Shown here piece after piece: positions 19,713-29,088 of a DNA stretch of 63,171 nucleotides (position 1 is the first letter of the stretch; each line of letters opens with the position of its first letter). The stretch is from Bacteroidota bacterium (GTDB taxonomy: Bacteria; Bacteroidota; Bacteroidia; Cytophagales; Spirosomataceae). The notes below the pieces were generated by a model. That model did not search any database, was not told the origin of the DNA, and saw only the letters and a program-made list of their open reading frames with translations. The stretch spans positions 1-63,171 of the forward strand of contig JAZKGO010000001.1 in assembly GCA_040385875.1 (NCBI GenBank), written 5' to 3'. Both the position numbers and the translations under genes were made by a program.

Positions 19713-20873
19713 ATGTTTTTAAAATCAAGTGCCTTACTAATGATCTGTATTATAGCTTTGCAAAGCTGTAATACCAAACAATCAGAAACTAGTCAAACAA
19801 TCGATTCAACTGTGAATAAAATAGAAAAAACCTCTTTCGGGACCTTACCTGATGGCCAAATAGCTTCCGTTTTTCATCTTAAAAATAGCAATGGAATGCA
19901 AGTGGATATATCCAACTATGGTGGCACAATAGTGAACTGGACAGCCCCCGATAAAAATGGAAAATTTGAAAATATCACTTTGGCATGCGATTCGTTGGCT
20001 GGCTATTTGAAAGGCGTTCCCTATTTTGGCGCTTTGATTGGCCGTTATGGCAATAGAATTGCTAAAGGCAAATTTTCTTTAGGTGGTAAAGATTATACGC
20101 TGGCTCAAAATAATGGAGTAAATGGGCTGCATGGTGGTAAAAAAGGTTTCGACAAAGTACTCTGGACAGCCACTCCTACAGATGGAGAAGAGCCGCAACT
20201 GAAACTCAATTATACCGCTGCCGATGGCGAAGAAGGGTATCCTGGCAAATTGGAGGTGGAAGTGGTATATACTTTGCAAAAAGACAATTCCCTAAAGATT
20301 GATTATAAAGCAAATACGGACAAAACTACTGTTATAAACCTCACTAATCACTCCTATTTTAACCTTTCGGCTGATATGAATAAAGATATTCTTGACCACG
20401 AAGTAACGCTCAATGCCAATCGATTTTTGCCTATAGATGAAACTTTGATTCCGACAGGAGAGCTAAAGTCTGTTACTGGAACACCTTTTGATTTTACCAA
20501 AACCAATAAAATAGGTGCAAGAATCAATGATGCAGAAGACATTCAAATCAAATATGGAAAAGGTTATGACCATTGCTGGGTTTTGACCGACTCCTCATCC
20601 CAATTGAAAAATGTAGCTTCCGTTTATGAGGCCAATTCTGGACGATTTTTAGAAGTTTTCACCACAGAACCTGCCATTCAATTTTATACTGGAAATTTCT
20701 TGGATGGTACTATTACAGGAAAAGGAGGCATTATTTACAAAAATAGATCGGGGCTTTGTTTGGAAACACAACATTATCCAAATTCCCCTAATCAGTCGCC
20801 GTTTCCGACTACTGTTTTGAAGCCAAATGAAACGTATCAAACCACAACTGTATATAAGTTTTCAGTAAAATAA
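19713..20873 (+). CDS. galM: Aldose 1-epimerase (mutarotase), lipoprotein-type signal
   Basis: 386-aa ORF with signal ...IALQSC and the blocks GRYGNRI, LHGG.KGFDK, NLTNHSYFNL and CLETQHYPNSPN. Confidence 0.9.
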   Translation: MFLKSSALLMICIIALQSCNTKQSETSQTIDSTVNKIEKTSFGTLPDGQIASVFHLKNSNGMQVDISNYGGTIVNWTAPDKNGKFENITLACDSLAGYLKGVPYFGALIGRYGNRIAKGKFSLGGKDYTLAQNNGVNGLHGGKKGFDKVLWTATPTDGEEPQLKLNYTAADGEEGYPGKLEVEVVYTLQKDNSLKIDYKANTDKTTVINLTNHSYFNLSADMNKDILDHEVTLNANRFLPIDETLIPTGELKSVTGTPFDFTKTNKIGARINDAEDIQIKYGKGYDHCWVLTDSSSQLKNVASVYEANSGRFLEVFTTEPAIQFYTGNFLDGTITGKGGIIYKNRSGLCLETQHYPNSPNQSPFPTTVLKPNETYQTTTVYKFSVK

Positions 20874-20909
20874 AAGTAGATTTTTGGGAAATTAGGTTAG
20901 TTGGTTAGG

Positions 20910-21620
20910 CTAACCTTCTATTTTAACAAGGGCATTTCCTCGTAAAACTGGAACGACATTGTATTTATTTTTCTCCAAACAAAATATTATATCTTTCTGA
21001 ATACCAAGGCGTTGGAGTCTTTTCACATGTGATGAACTGGCTACGGCTGATACTAGTTTGTCTTTTTTTAGCACATATAGTTTTTGCGCCATCATAGCGG
21101 TGTCTTCAGCAATGATGTAATCATCTTTCAGGAAATCTACCAATGCCCCAGCGAATAAGGTATCTTCCAAATTGGGCTTACCTTTCCAGCCTGCACAATG
21201 AATCAGCACATCATAGGGCTGGGTTTTTAGATAATTTGAGATGGCTTCCAAATTCAAAAAGGCCCCCACTAAAACTTTTACTGCAGACTTTGATTTAGTA
21301 ATGGCCAGCGTGCCATTGGTTGTGGTCATGGCAATTGTTTTGCCAGCAAGGTAAGGCTCCATATAACTAAAGGGCGAGTTGTCCAAGTCAAAGCCCTCAA
21401 TTTTGTGCGCATCTCGCTCAGCAGCTGCCAAATAACCCATTGATTGGTATTGTGCACATTCCTCCACTTTTGCGACAGGGATAATGCTACCCACCCCATG
21501 TGCAAATGCGGTAACCATACAAGAGGTGGCTCTAAATATATCCACCACAACTACAATCGAATTTTCTAATGGGTATAAATGGATTAATTCAGGGCTTAGG
21601 CAAACGTCTATTTGTTTCAT
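20910..21620 (-). CDS. comB: 2-phosphosulfolactate phosphatase family protein
   Basis: 236-aa ORF with VVVDIFRATS, the ...NGT... block and length typical of the ComB family. Confidence 0.75.
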   Translation of the reverse strand: MKQIDVCLSPELIHLYPLENSIVVVVDIFRATSCMVTAFAHGVGSIIPVAKVEECAQYQSMGYLAAAERDAHKIEGFDLDNSPFSYMEPYLAGKTIAMTTTNGTLAITKSKSAVKVLVGAFLNLEAISNYLKTQPYDVLIHCAGWKGKPNLEDTLFAGALVDFLKDDYIIAEDTAMMAQKLYVLKKDKLVSAVASSSHVKRLQRLGIQKDIIFCLEKNKYNVVPVLRGNALVKIEG

Positions 21621-21753
21621 TGAGGACAGAAATAGTGATTTATTTAAAGTAAAAGGATAGTAAAAAAAGCAATTTTCTTTTGGCCATCTTTATGGGAATA
21701 ACAAAAACTAAAATTTTTACAAATTTATAGAATTTAGGCTTTAATTTTGAGTC

Positions 21754-22968
21754 GTGAACAAAATTCAACATATTTCTTCCACAGAAAACTTTCATCTCTC
21801 TGATCCCAATACCTATCAATTGGCGAATCTGAAGTCGGAAGAAATGGTGCTTTCATTAGGGCCGCAGCACCCTTCAACCCATGGAGTGTTAAGAATGGAG
21901 GTTATTTCAGATGGTGAATTGATTGTGGATGTTGTGCCTCATTTGGGCTTTTTACATCGCTGTTTTGAAAAACATGCCGAAGCTTTGCCATTTAATCAAA
22001 TCATCCCTTATGTGGATCGGATGGATTATGTGGCTTCCATGAACTCCGAGCATGCTTATGTGATGGGGGTAGAAAAAATGTTAGGAATTGATAAGGAATT
22101 ACCTAAACGTGTTGAATATATCCGAGTTTTAGTGGCAGAAATGAATCGGCTCGCCTCCCATTTTGTGGCCATTGGTACTTATGGCTTGGATATTGGCGCT
22201 TATACCTCTTTTCTATGGCTCATGCGTGACCGTGAGCACATTCAACGTATGCTTGAATGGGTTTCAGGCGCTCGTATGCTTTACAATTATATTTGGATTG
22301 GCGGCCTTTTTTATGATTTGCCAGTCGGCTTTGAAGAGCGCTGTTCAGAATTTATCAAATATCTTAAACCAAAACTCAAAGAAGTAAAAGAGATCTTAGT
22401 CGAAAACAAAATATTTATCCAGCGAACCGCCAATGTAGGGGTACTCCCAATGGATTTAGCTATTTCATATGGTTGTACAGGTCCCGTTTTAAGGGGATCA
22501 GGCTTAAAATTTGACTTGAGAAAAGTCGACGGCTATTCAGTTTATCCAGAACTGGATTTTGACATTCCTGTTGGGAAAGGCGAAATGGGTAAAACTGGCG
22601 ACTGTTGGGATAGAAATTATGTAAGGGTGCTGGAATGTGATGAATCCATAAAAATAATTGAGCAATGTTTAGCCAGACTGACAAGTGATTTAAAAAGAAC
22701 ACAAGATTTTGATCCTCAGGCATTTGTACCTAAAAAAATCAGGCCCGCTGCCATGGATTTCTATTGCCGGGCAGAGAACCCAAAAGGAGAGTTGGGTTAT
22801 TTTTTCAGAACAGACGGTCGATCTGACATACCTGTGAGGCTCAAAGCAAGAGCCTGTTCCTTTCATAATTTATCGGTAATACCGGCCATCAGCAAAGGTG
22901 CCATGTTGGCAGATTTGGTGGCGATTATTGGCTCCATGGATTTGGTAATGGGCGAAGTGGATCGATGA
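21754..22968 (+). CDS. nuoD: NADH-quinone oxidoreductase subunit D (49-kDa subunit), isolated from other nuo genes
   Basis: 404-aa ORF with a GTG start. It has LGPQHPSTHGVLR, HRCFEK and the C-terminal DLVMGEVDR, and appears full length. Confidence 0.9.
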   Translation: MNKIQHISSTENFHLSDPNTYQLANLKSEEMVLSLGPQHPSTHGVLRMEVISDGELIVDVVPHLGFLHRCFEKHAEALPFNQIIPYVDRMDYVASMNSEHAYVMGVEKMLGIDKELPKRVEYIRVLVAEMNRLASHFVAIGTYGLDIGAYTSFLWLMRDREHIQRMLEWVSGARMLYNYIWIGGLFYDLPVGFEERCSEFIKYLKPKLKEVKEILVENKIFIQRTANVGVLPMDLAISYGCTGPVLRGSGLKFDLRKVDGYSVYPELDFDIPVGKGEMGKTGDCWDRNYVRVLECDESIKIIEQCLARLTSDLKRTQDFDPQAFVPKKIRPAAMDFYCRAENPKGELGYFFRTDGRSDIPVRLKARACSFHNLSVIPAISKGAMLADLVAIIGSMDLVMGEVDR

Positions 22969-22973
22969 ATAAC

Positions 22974-23006
22974 AAAGTTGCCAACTTTCAAAAAGTTGGC
23001 AACTTT
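22974..23006. repeat. REP-like palindrome (left flank of RAYT)
   Basis: AAAGTTGCCAACTTT-caa-AAAGTTGGCAACTTT with perfect 15-bp arms. Confidence 0.85.
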
Positions 23007-23055
23007 TGTGCTACAACCAATCAATCATTTAGGCAAGAACCCAGTTTTTAAAAAA

Positions 23056-23721
23056 ATGGCAAAAACAGAACACTATTTTACAAAATTTGAAGAGAAAGAA
23101 TTTTATCACGTTTATAATAGAACAGTAGATAAAAGTCCATTATTTGCTAATCAAGGGAATTATGTTTATTTCTTGCATCGATTAGATTTTTATCTATCTG
23201 ATTTTATAAATGTTTATACCTACTGCTTATTAGGTAACCATTTTCACTTGCTAATTGAGATTAAGGAAGAGATTTCAATTAGGGCTAATATTTTAAAATT
23301 TGAATTTGAAAATCCTAATAAGATACTTTCAAAAAAATCAAATAAATTTGCCAATGACAAATTAGTTCATGACATAGTAAGCCATCAATTTAAGAAATTT
23401 TTTCAGTCTTATTCTATGTCTTTTAACAAACAGCAAAATAGAATCGGCACATTATTTCAAAAACCATTTAAGAGGGCGATTGTTGATGATAATAATTATT
23501 TTACAAATTTGATCCAATATATACATCAGAACCCACAAAAACATGGAATAATTGATGATTTTAGAAATTATGAATGGAGTTCTTATCAAAGAATATTATT
23601 GGAAAAGCCTACTAAACTATTTAAAAATCAAGTAATTAGCTGGTTTGGAAATAAACAAGAATATATCAATTTCCACAATAATTTTATAGCCCTTCCTGAT
23701 AATTTATATTTGGGGGATTAG
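23056..23721 (+). CDS. REP-associated tyrosine transposase (RAYT; IS200/IS605-like Y1 HUH enzyme)
   Basis: HUH motif in YCLLGNHFHLLIE and catalytic Tyr block IQYIHQNPQKHG. Central block FNK..NR.GTLFQKPFKR. The ATG at 23056 is preferred, because the TTG at 22978 lies inside the REP palindrome. Confidence 0.8.
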   Translation: MAKTEHYFTKFEEKEFYHVYNRTVDKSPLFANQGNYVYFLHRLDFYLSDFINVYTYCLLGNHFHLLIEIKEEISIRANILKFEFENPNKILSKKSNKFANDKLVHDIVSHQFKKFFQSYSMSFNKQQNRIGTLFQKPFKRAIVDDNNYFTNLIQYIHQNPQKHGIIDDFRNYEWSSYQRILLEKPTKLFKNQVISWFGNKQEYINFHNNFIALPDNLYLGD

Positions 23722-23753
23722 AAGGTTTTTCTTAAAAAACTGATTTCAGATCA

Positions 23754-23787
23754 AAAGTTGCCAACTTTCTAAAAAGTTGGCAACTTT
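23754..23787. repeat. REP-like palindrome (right flank of RAYT)
   Basis: AAAGTTGCCAACTTT-ctaa-AAAGTTGGCAACTTT with perfect 15-bp arms. Confidence 0.85.
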
Positions 23788-23821
23788 AAGTTCAAACAAC
23801 TAACTTTCGATAAAATAAAAA

Positions 23822-24346
23822 ATGTTCAAACTAGACCCTCATAAAGATTATCCACGAAAACTAGAATCCAAAGCCGTAATTCGGTTTCAGGATTGTGACC
23901 CTTTGAAGCATTTGAATAATGCCAAATATTTTGACTATTTTTTCAATGCCAGAGAAGATCAAGTAGCCGAAATCTATCAATTTGACCCTAATGATTATTT
24001 TGTCCATAATCATACTTCTTGGGTGGTGTATAATCACCAAATTGCCTATTTGAATTCCGCTAAAGTAAGTGAATGGATCAATATTTTTTCGTCGGTTGTT
24101 TTTTACAATGAAAATACTAAAATCACGGAATTTGTGATGACCGATTTAGACAAAAAAGTATTGAAATGTGTGCTTTGGACCACCTCAAAATACATCAATA
24201 CCGATACTGGTACCAAAACAAATCATGAGCCCGAGATTATGAATTATCTAAACAGAATTGCTACACAAGGTATTGATATGCAAGAAGTTACATTTGCAAG
24301 TCGATTGAAAATAATCAAAAAAGAATTGCAAGAGGGAACTTTTTAA
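23822..24346 (+). CDS. Hotdog-fold acyl-CoA thioesterase (4HBT/YbgC-like)
   Basis: 174-aa ORF. IRFQDCDPLKHLNNAKYFDYF..ARE matches the 4HBT active-site region pattern. Confidence 0.65.
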   Translation: MFKLDPHKDYPRKLESKAVIRFQDCDPLKHLNNAKYFDYFFNAREDQVAEIYQFDPNDYFVHNHTSWVVYNHQIAYLNSAKVSEWINIFSSVVFYNENTKITEFVMTDLDKKVLKCVLWTTSKYINTDTGTKTNHEPEIMNYLNRIATQGIDMQEVTFASRLKIIKKELQEGTF

Positions 24347-24442
24347 ATTTGTTGAATCTATTTATTTATACTGAACCTGGCCCATAAAGAGGACTAAAAA
24401 ATTACAATTACACTTCAAAAAATTAACAAAACATCTCAAACT

Positions 24443-26488
24443 ATGAAATCCAAGTTTTTACAACTATTCGTCTTATTTTTTATAAGTAATCTATCTTTTG
24501 CCCAAACAAAACGTACCATCACTCATGAAGACCTCATCGCAATGAAGCGAGTAGGTGTGCCAGTACTGAGTCCTGATGGCAAGCAAGTGATTTTTAGTGT
24601 TTTGGAGACTTCCTACAATGAAAAAGATAATCAAAATGACCTTTGGATAGTTCCTACAGATGGGTCAGAAAAGCCCCGAAAATTGACCGCCATGAAAGCG
24701 GGAGAGTCTGATTATAGTTGGAGTCCAGATGGAAAATATATTTCATTTGTTGCAAAAAGAGATACTGATGAGGAAGCACAAATTTATTTATTGAATATGC
24801 AAGGTGGTGAAGCTCAAAGATTTACCAATTTGAATTCGGGAGCTTCTACACCGAAATGGAGCCCAGATGGTAAGCAAATACTTTTTCAATCGCAAGTTTA
24901 TATAGGAGCCTTTTCTGACTCAACTTTTAAGAAAATAGCAGACGTCAAAAAAAATCAAAAGTACAAAGCAAGAGTATATGAAACCTACCCTATCAGAAAT
25001 TTTGATAAGTGGATCGACGAAAAACAAACACATTTATTTGTTCAAAATATTGACTCAAAGCAAGCAACAGACCTGTTTCAAAAGATAGACATGTGCAAAT
25101 CAGTCGCTTTTAAATTGGGTGGAAGTACATGGGCTGATAACAGCGAGATAGTATTTGCTGCCAGTGTCGACTCAAATTCAACCGGAAAATATCTAGAAAC
25201 CCAACTTTTTAAAATCTCAAAAAGTGGAGGTGTGGAAAGCCAAATTACAAAAGGACCTGCCATTTATTCCAACCCAAAAATAAGTGAAGATGGAAAATTT
25301 CTATTTTGTGAGAGCTATTTACCCGCCTATAAAATGTATTTTTTGGAGAAAATTACCAGATTCGATTGGCCAAACCTCACCAATAAAATAGAATTGAATG
25401 CAAAAATAGATCGGCCTGTGGTTAATTATAAAATAAATCAAAATGGCGGGATTTTGGCTACGATTGAGGACAAAGGAAATAACAAAATCTATACCTTAAA
25501 CCAAATTGATAATATACCAATAACTACTTCAACAAAAGGCAATTATAGCAATATTTCAGAGGAAATGGGAGTAAAAATTGCCTCCTATGAATCGGTGGTA
25601 CAACCACCTGAAATTGTAAGAATAAATGCTGATGGTAGCCATCTATTTTTAACCAATTTCAATGAAAATCTATTAAAAAGTTTGGATATGAACGATGTTC
25701 AAATTATTTGGACAAAGGCAAAAAATGGCAAAAATATTCGCAGTATGATTACCAAGCCAGCTCATTTTGATCCAGCCAAAAAGTATCCTCTTGTTGTTTT
25801 GATGCATGGTGGGCCAAGTATGGCCTATACTGAAAGTTTCGGCTATCGATGGCAACCAAACCTCATTGCTGGCGATGATTTTGTGGTGATTATGACCGAC
25901 TATACTGGCTCAACAGGCTATGGCGAAAAGTTTGCCCAAGATATTCAATTTGACCCATTTAAAGGACCCGCTGAGGAAATTCAAGAAGCCGCCTCAGATG
26001 CCATAAAACGTTTTTCGTATATTGATGGAAGTCGGCAGGCAGCCTCAGGAGCATCCTATGGTGGCCATTTGGCTAATTGGTTGCAAGCAACTACCAGCCA
26101 TTATAAGTGCTTAATTTCACATGCTGGTTTGGTAAATTCCGTGTCGCAGTGGGGCACCTCAGATGGTGTTTTTAATCGTGAGGTAATGAATGGTGGAGTG
26201 CCTTGGGAAAATTCGAAAACATGGAAAGAGCAAAATCCTTACAATTTTGCAAATAATTTCAAAACCCCAATTTTATTGACTGTTGGAGAAAACGATTTTC
26301 GAGTACCAATCAATAATACCATTGAAAATTACCATATTCTACAAAGAAAGAAAATCCCAAGTCGCTTGGTTGTATTCCCTGAAGAAAACCATTGGATTTT
26401 GAAGCCCGAAAACAGTCGATTCCACTACAAGGAAGTGAAAGATTGGTTGAAGAAATGGCTAATTGTGGCGAAATACAAAATAGATTAA
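24443..26488 (+). CDS. S9 family serine peptidase (prolyl oligopeptidase / acylaminoacyl-peptidase type) with N-terminal beta-propeller
   Basis: 681-aa ORF with a signal peptide. It has repeated SPDGK propeller blades and a C-terminal alpha/beta hydrolase with GASYGGH, followed by D and H blocks (GENDFRVP, ENHW). Confidence 0.88.
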   Translation: MKSKFLQLFVLFFISNLSFAQTKRTITHEDLIAMKRVGVPVLSPDGKQVIFSVLETSYNEKDNQNDLWIVPTDGSEKPRKLTAMKAGESDYSWSPDGKYISFVAKRDTDEEAQIYLLNMQGGEAQRFTNLNSGASTPKWSPDGKQILFQSQVYIGAFSDSTFKKIADVKKNQKYKARVYETYPIRNFDKWIDEKQTHLFVQNIDSKQATDLFQKIDMCKSVAFKLGGSTWADNSEIVFAASVDSNSTGKYLETQLFKISKSGGVESQITKGPAIYSNPKISEDGKFLFCESYLPAYKMYFLEKITRFDWPNLTNKIELNAKIDRPVVNYKINQNGGILATIEDKGNNKIYTLNQIDNIPITTSTKGNYSNISEEMGVKIASYESVVQPPEIVRINADGSHLFLTNFNENLLKSLDMNDVQIIWTKAKNGKNIRSMITKPAHFDPAKKYPLVVLMHGGPSMAYTESFGYRWQPNLIAGDDFVVIMTDYTGSTGYGEKFAQDIQFDPFKGPAEEIQEAASDAIKRFSYIDGSRQAASGASYGGHLANWLQATTSHYKCLISHAGLVNSVSQWGTSDGVFNREVMNGGVPWENSKTWKEQNPYNFANNFKTPILLTVGENDFRVPINNTIENYHILQRKKIPSRLVVFPEENHWILKPENSRFHYKEVKDWLKKWLIVAKYKID

Positions 26489-26501
26489 ACTTGAAATTGT
26501 A

Positions 26502-26535
26502 AAAGTTGCCGCCTTTTTGGAAAGTCGGCAACTTT
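26502..26535. repeat. Variant REP-like palindrome, probably doubling as a bidirectional terminator
   Basis: AAAGTTGCCGCCTTT-ttgg-AAAGTCGGCAACTTT with one arm mismatch. It lies between convergent stop codons at 26488 and 26538. Confidence 0.7.
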
Positions 26536-26537
26536 AT

Positions 26538-27020
26538 TTAGTCTATTTTTTTCTCGATATACAATTCATTAAAAGTGGTTGCTGAATCCAATTTTCGAAG
26601 AAATTTCACATCCGTAATTTCCCCAATTACTATTTCGGCAGTGGTGTAAATGATATTTCCTTCGGCCAAATGCCCACCAATTGTTTTTCCTTTTGAGTCG
26701 GAAATAGAAATATGAAAATGGCCACCGGAAGAACCTGAAAATGTTCCAACAAGAGACACAATTTCAAATTTTTCGTCAAAAATCTGTGTATTAGGTTGAT
26801 TGGCAAGCCTTAAATTTGCCTTTTTCAAACTGCCCACACAAGTAATTATATAGCCCGCTTCAATTTTATTTGCTTTAGCGAAGTTCATTATTTCTTCCTT
26901 CAGATCTTGACCAGGTTTCAGCCGAAATGCAAACACTTTTGAATTATTAATGGAATCATCATTTTTCATACATGAATTGAATAAGGTCAAAATCAAAAGT
27001 AATACTAGCTTATGAATCAT
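26538..27020 (-). CDS. PPC (DUF296) domain protein with lipoprotein signal
   Basis: The ATG at 27020 gives MIHKLVLLLILTLFNSC. The PPC blocks are FRLKPGQDL.EEI, G.I..CVGSL..A.LR, E.VSL.G and HFH.S.SD..G...GGHL. Confidence 0.7.
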   Translation of the reverse strand: MIHKLVLLLILTLFNSCMKNDDSINNSKVFAFRLKPGQDLKEEIMNFAKANKIEAGYIITCVGSLKKANLRLANQPNTQIFDEKFEIVSLVGTFSGSSGGHFHISISDSKGKTIGGHLAEGNIIYTTAEIVIGEITDVKFLRKLDSATTFNELYIEKKID

Positions 27021-27069
27021 TGGCACATGTTGTTAAGTTGGAGATAAAAAGTCAAAATTATCCAGCCCT

Positions 27070-27549
27070 TTAATACAAATAAGCCATCAATTGTTCGTCC
27101 ACATATCTATTTTCTGATTTCAAGAAAGTATGCTTTTTCATTATTCCTTCGGTTACAAAACCCATTTTTTCGTACAATTTAATAGCATTGTGGTTGAAGG
27201 TGGCTGTACTCAATTCCATTCTTATCAAACCTCTATTTTGGCCTAGTTCTAATATTTCAGCAAACATTTTTTTGGCAAACCCTTTTCCAGCAAAATCAGG
27301 GTGAATAGCCACCCCGCCCAAATAATTGGTATGACTATTGCGATGAAGTTGCGGAACTAGCTTAAACATCCCAATATCAGTTCCATTTTCAGAAAAAATA
27401 AAGATTATATTCCTGTTCAGTAAATCTTCAAAAATGGGCATAAAGGCTTCCTTGTCCATTATTTCATATAATAAAAATGGATTAATGAGCGGATGCATAT
27501 ATAGCTCAAAAATGTAATCGAAATCTTTTTCGGTAATATTTCTAATCAT
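27070..27549 (-). CDS. GNAT family N-acetyltransferase
   Basis: 159-aa ORF. The acetyl-CoA-binding block is GVAIHPDFAGKGFAKKMF, and a C-terminal E.QL.Y follows. Confidence 0.8.
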   Translation of the reverse strand: MIRNITEKDFDYIFELYMHPLINPFLLYEIMDKEAFMPIFEDLLNRNIIFIFSENGTDIGMFKLVPQLHRNSHTNYLGGVAIHPDFAGKGFAKKMFAEILELGQNRGLIRMELSTATFNHNAIKLYEKMGFVTEGIMKKHTFLKSENRYVDEQLMAYLY

Positions 27550-27591
27550 AAATTATATTTAAACTATCTGTTTTATTTAATATTGAAGCTT

Positions 27592-28962
27592 TCAAAAAAT
27601 GAACTGAACCAAGCCATAAACAGCTATTGAAAAAATAGAGACGATGCTCAAAAGTAGTATTAAATCATAAAGTTTGCTAGGTCTGAATTCAGCTGGCTGT
27701 CGTACATATCTGAAATTGATGGTTGCTACTACCACCAAAATTAAAATGAAAGAGCCAATAATACCTCCTGAAATAACCATTAAAACGGGTAAGTTGATAA
27801 AAATAAAGAGTATAGCCCAAATGAGAGGCATAGCCCAAGCCAAAATTGCGATTGATTTTTTTCTTTGATTAAAGTCAAAAAAATCAATCCAGCCTAATTG
27901 CCCAAATATATCAGAATATTGGCGAGTCCAGGAAGCGCATGCAGCAAATAGCGTAGAGTACAATACGACAAAAGCCCCTGCTAAAAAAACATATTTCGCC
28001 CAAGCGCCTAACGACAAGGTATATATTTTAGAGAGGTGCTCAATCAACGTAAAGCCCTCAGGAACAATGCCTTGCCGATGAAGAATAGAAGCACCTAATA
28101 AATAAAATGCAGCGGTTACTACCGTGTAAATCACTAATGCTATGCTAGCGTCTAAATGCATTACCTTAATCCAACCTTTCGCTCTGACAGCCCATTCGTT
28201 TTTATAGTTTTGACCCGATTGTTCTGTTGGCTTGGGGCCTACATAAGCGGCATAGCCTTTTTCCAAACACCAGTAATTATACTGAATTATTTCATCCCCT
28301 CCAACGCCTGTTATTCCAAAAGCCCCAATGGCAAGTAATACCATTTCTTTTGGAAGTGAAAAACTCATCCCAGACAAAACATCCCCAAAAGTGAAAGCAT
28401 ATTCTGTGAAACTTACAGAATAAAGGGAGGTCAGGGTAAATACAGTAAAGGCAAAAATCATATAGATGGCTAATTTTTCTATCATTCTATAATAGCCACG
28501 GAATACCAAAGCGGAGGTAATTAATGCCGCAAAAATTGCATAAAAAGAAACAGGAAATACCGGCAAAACCATTTGAAGAATAATGGCAACCCCTCCCACA
28601 ATCCCGCCTAATTGGAAGAGTTTTAACAACATCATAATGAATATCCCCCAAACAGACCAGTTTGCCTTTCCAAATTTAGGCCCAGGTAATTGATTGAATG
28701 CCTGCATGGCTGTTTCACCAGTAAGAATAGTATGCTTGCCAAATTCTAACTGAACAGCCACTTTAATAAGGCAGCCAATAAAAATAATCCAAAACAAAGT
28801 AAAACCTGCTTTTGCCCCTAAAGCAGTGGTAGCAATCAATTCGCCAGAACCCACTATGGCTGCTGAAAGAATAAGGCTAGGACCAAGGTGTTTCAACCTT
28901 TCTTTAAAGGCTGTAGGGGCTTCTAAAATGGTGGCTTCGGAAGGCAAATAAGGATCTGTCAT
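27592..28962 (-). CDS. NRAMP-family divalent metal (Mn2+/Fe2+) transporter
   Basis: 456-aa polytopic ORF with N-terminal LGPSLILSAAIVGSGELIATT typical of NRAMP-like transporters. Confidence 0.75.
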   Translation of the reverse strand: MTDPYLPSEATILEAPTAFKERLKHLGPSLILSAAIVGSGELIATTALGAKAGFTLFWIIFIGCLIKVAVQLEFGKHTILTGETAMQAFNQLPGPKFGKANWSVWGIFIMMLLKLFQLGGIVGGVAIILQMVLPVFPVSFYAIFAALITSALVFRGYYRMIEKLAIYMIFAFTVFTLTSLYSVSFTEYAFTFGDVLSGMSFSLPKEMVLLAIGAFGITGVGGDEIIQYNYWCLEKGYAAYVGPKPTEQSGQNYKNEWAVRAKGWIKVMHLDASIALVIYTVVTAAFYLLGASILHRQGIVPEGFTLIEHLSKIYTLSLGAWAKYVFLAGAFVVLYSTLFAACASWTRQYSDIFGQLGWIDFFDFNQRKKSIAILAWAMPLIWAILFIFINLPVLMVISGGIIGSFILILVVVATINFRYVRQPAEFRPSKLYDLILLLSIVSIFSIAVYGLVQFIF

Positions 28963-29088
28963 TTATAAATGTTTAGAGAATTTATAAAAATAGTAAAAAG
29001 GGTTGAATAGTTTGTAGGCTTGGTAGGGATAAAACAAAAAAGGCAAGCCAATAAATTGACTTGCCCTTAAGAATATGCTTAAAAAAAA

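Larger units (their letters stand above)
22974..23787 (+). mobile_element. RAYT unit: REP palindrome - Y1/HUH transposase gene - REP palindrome
   Basis: Identical 15-bp-arm palindromes lie at both ends of a single HUH/Y1 transposase-like gene. A third, variant copy is at 26502-26535. Confidence 0.7.

Noticed and set aside
22978-23055. N-terminal 26-aa extension of the RAYT ORF (TTG start at 22978) given in the ORF track.
   Set aside because: The TTG lies inside the left REP palindrome, and the extension simply translates the hairpin. The ATG at 23056 yields a normal RAYT N-terminus.
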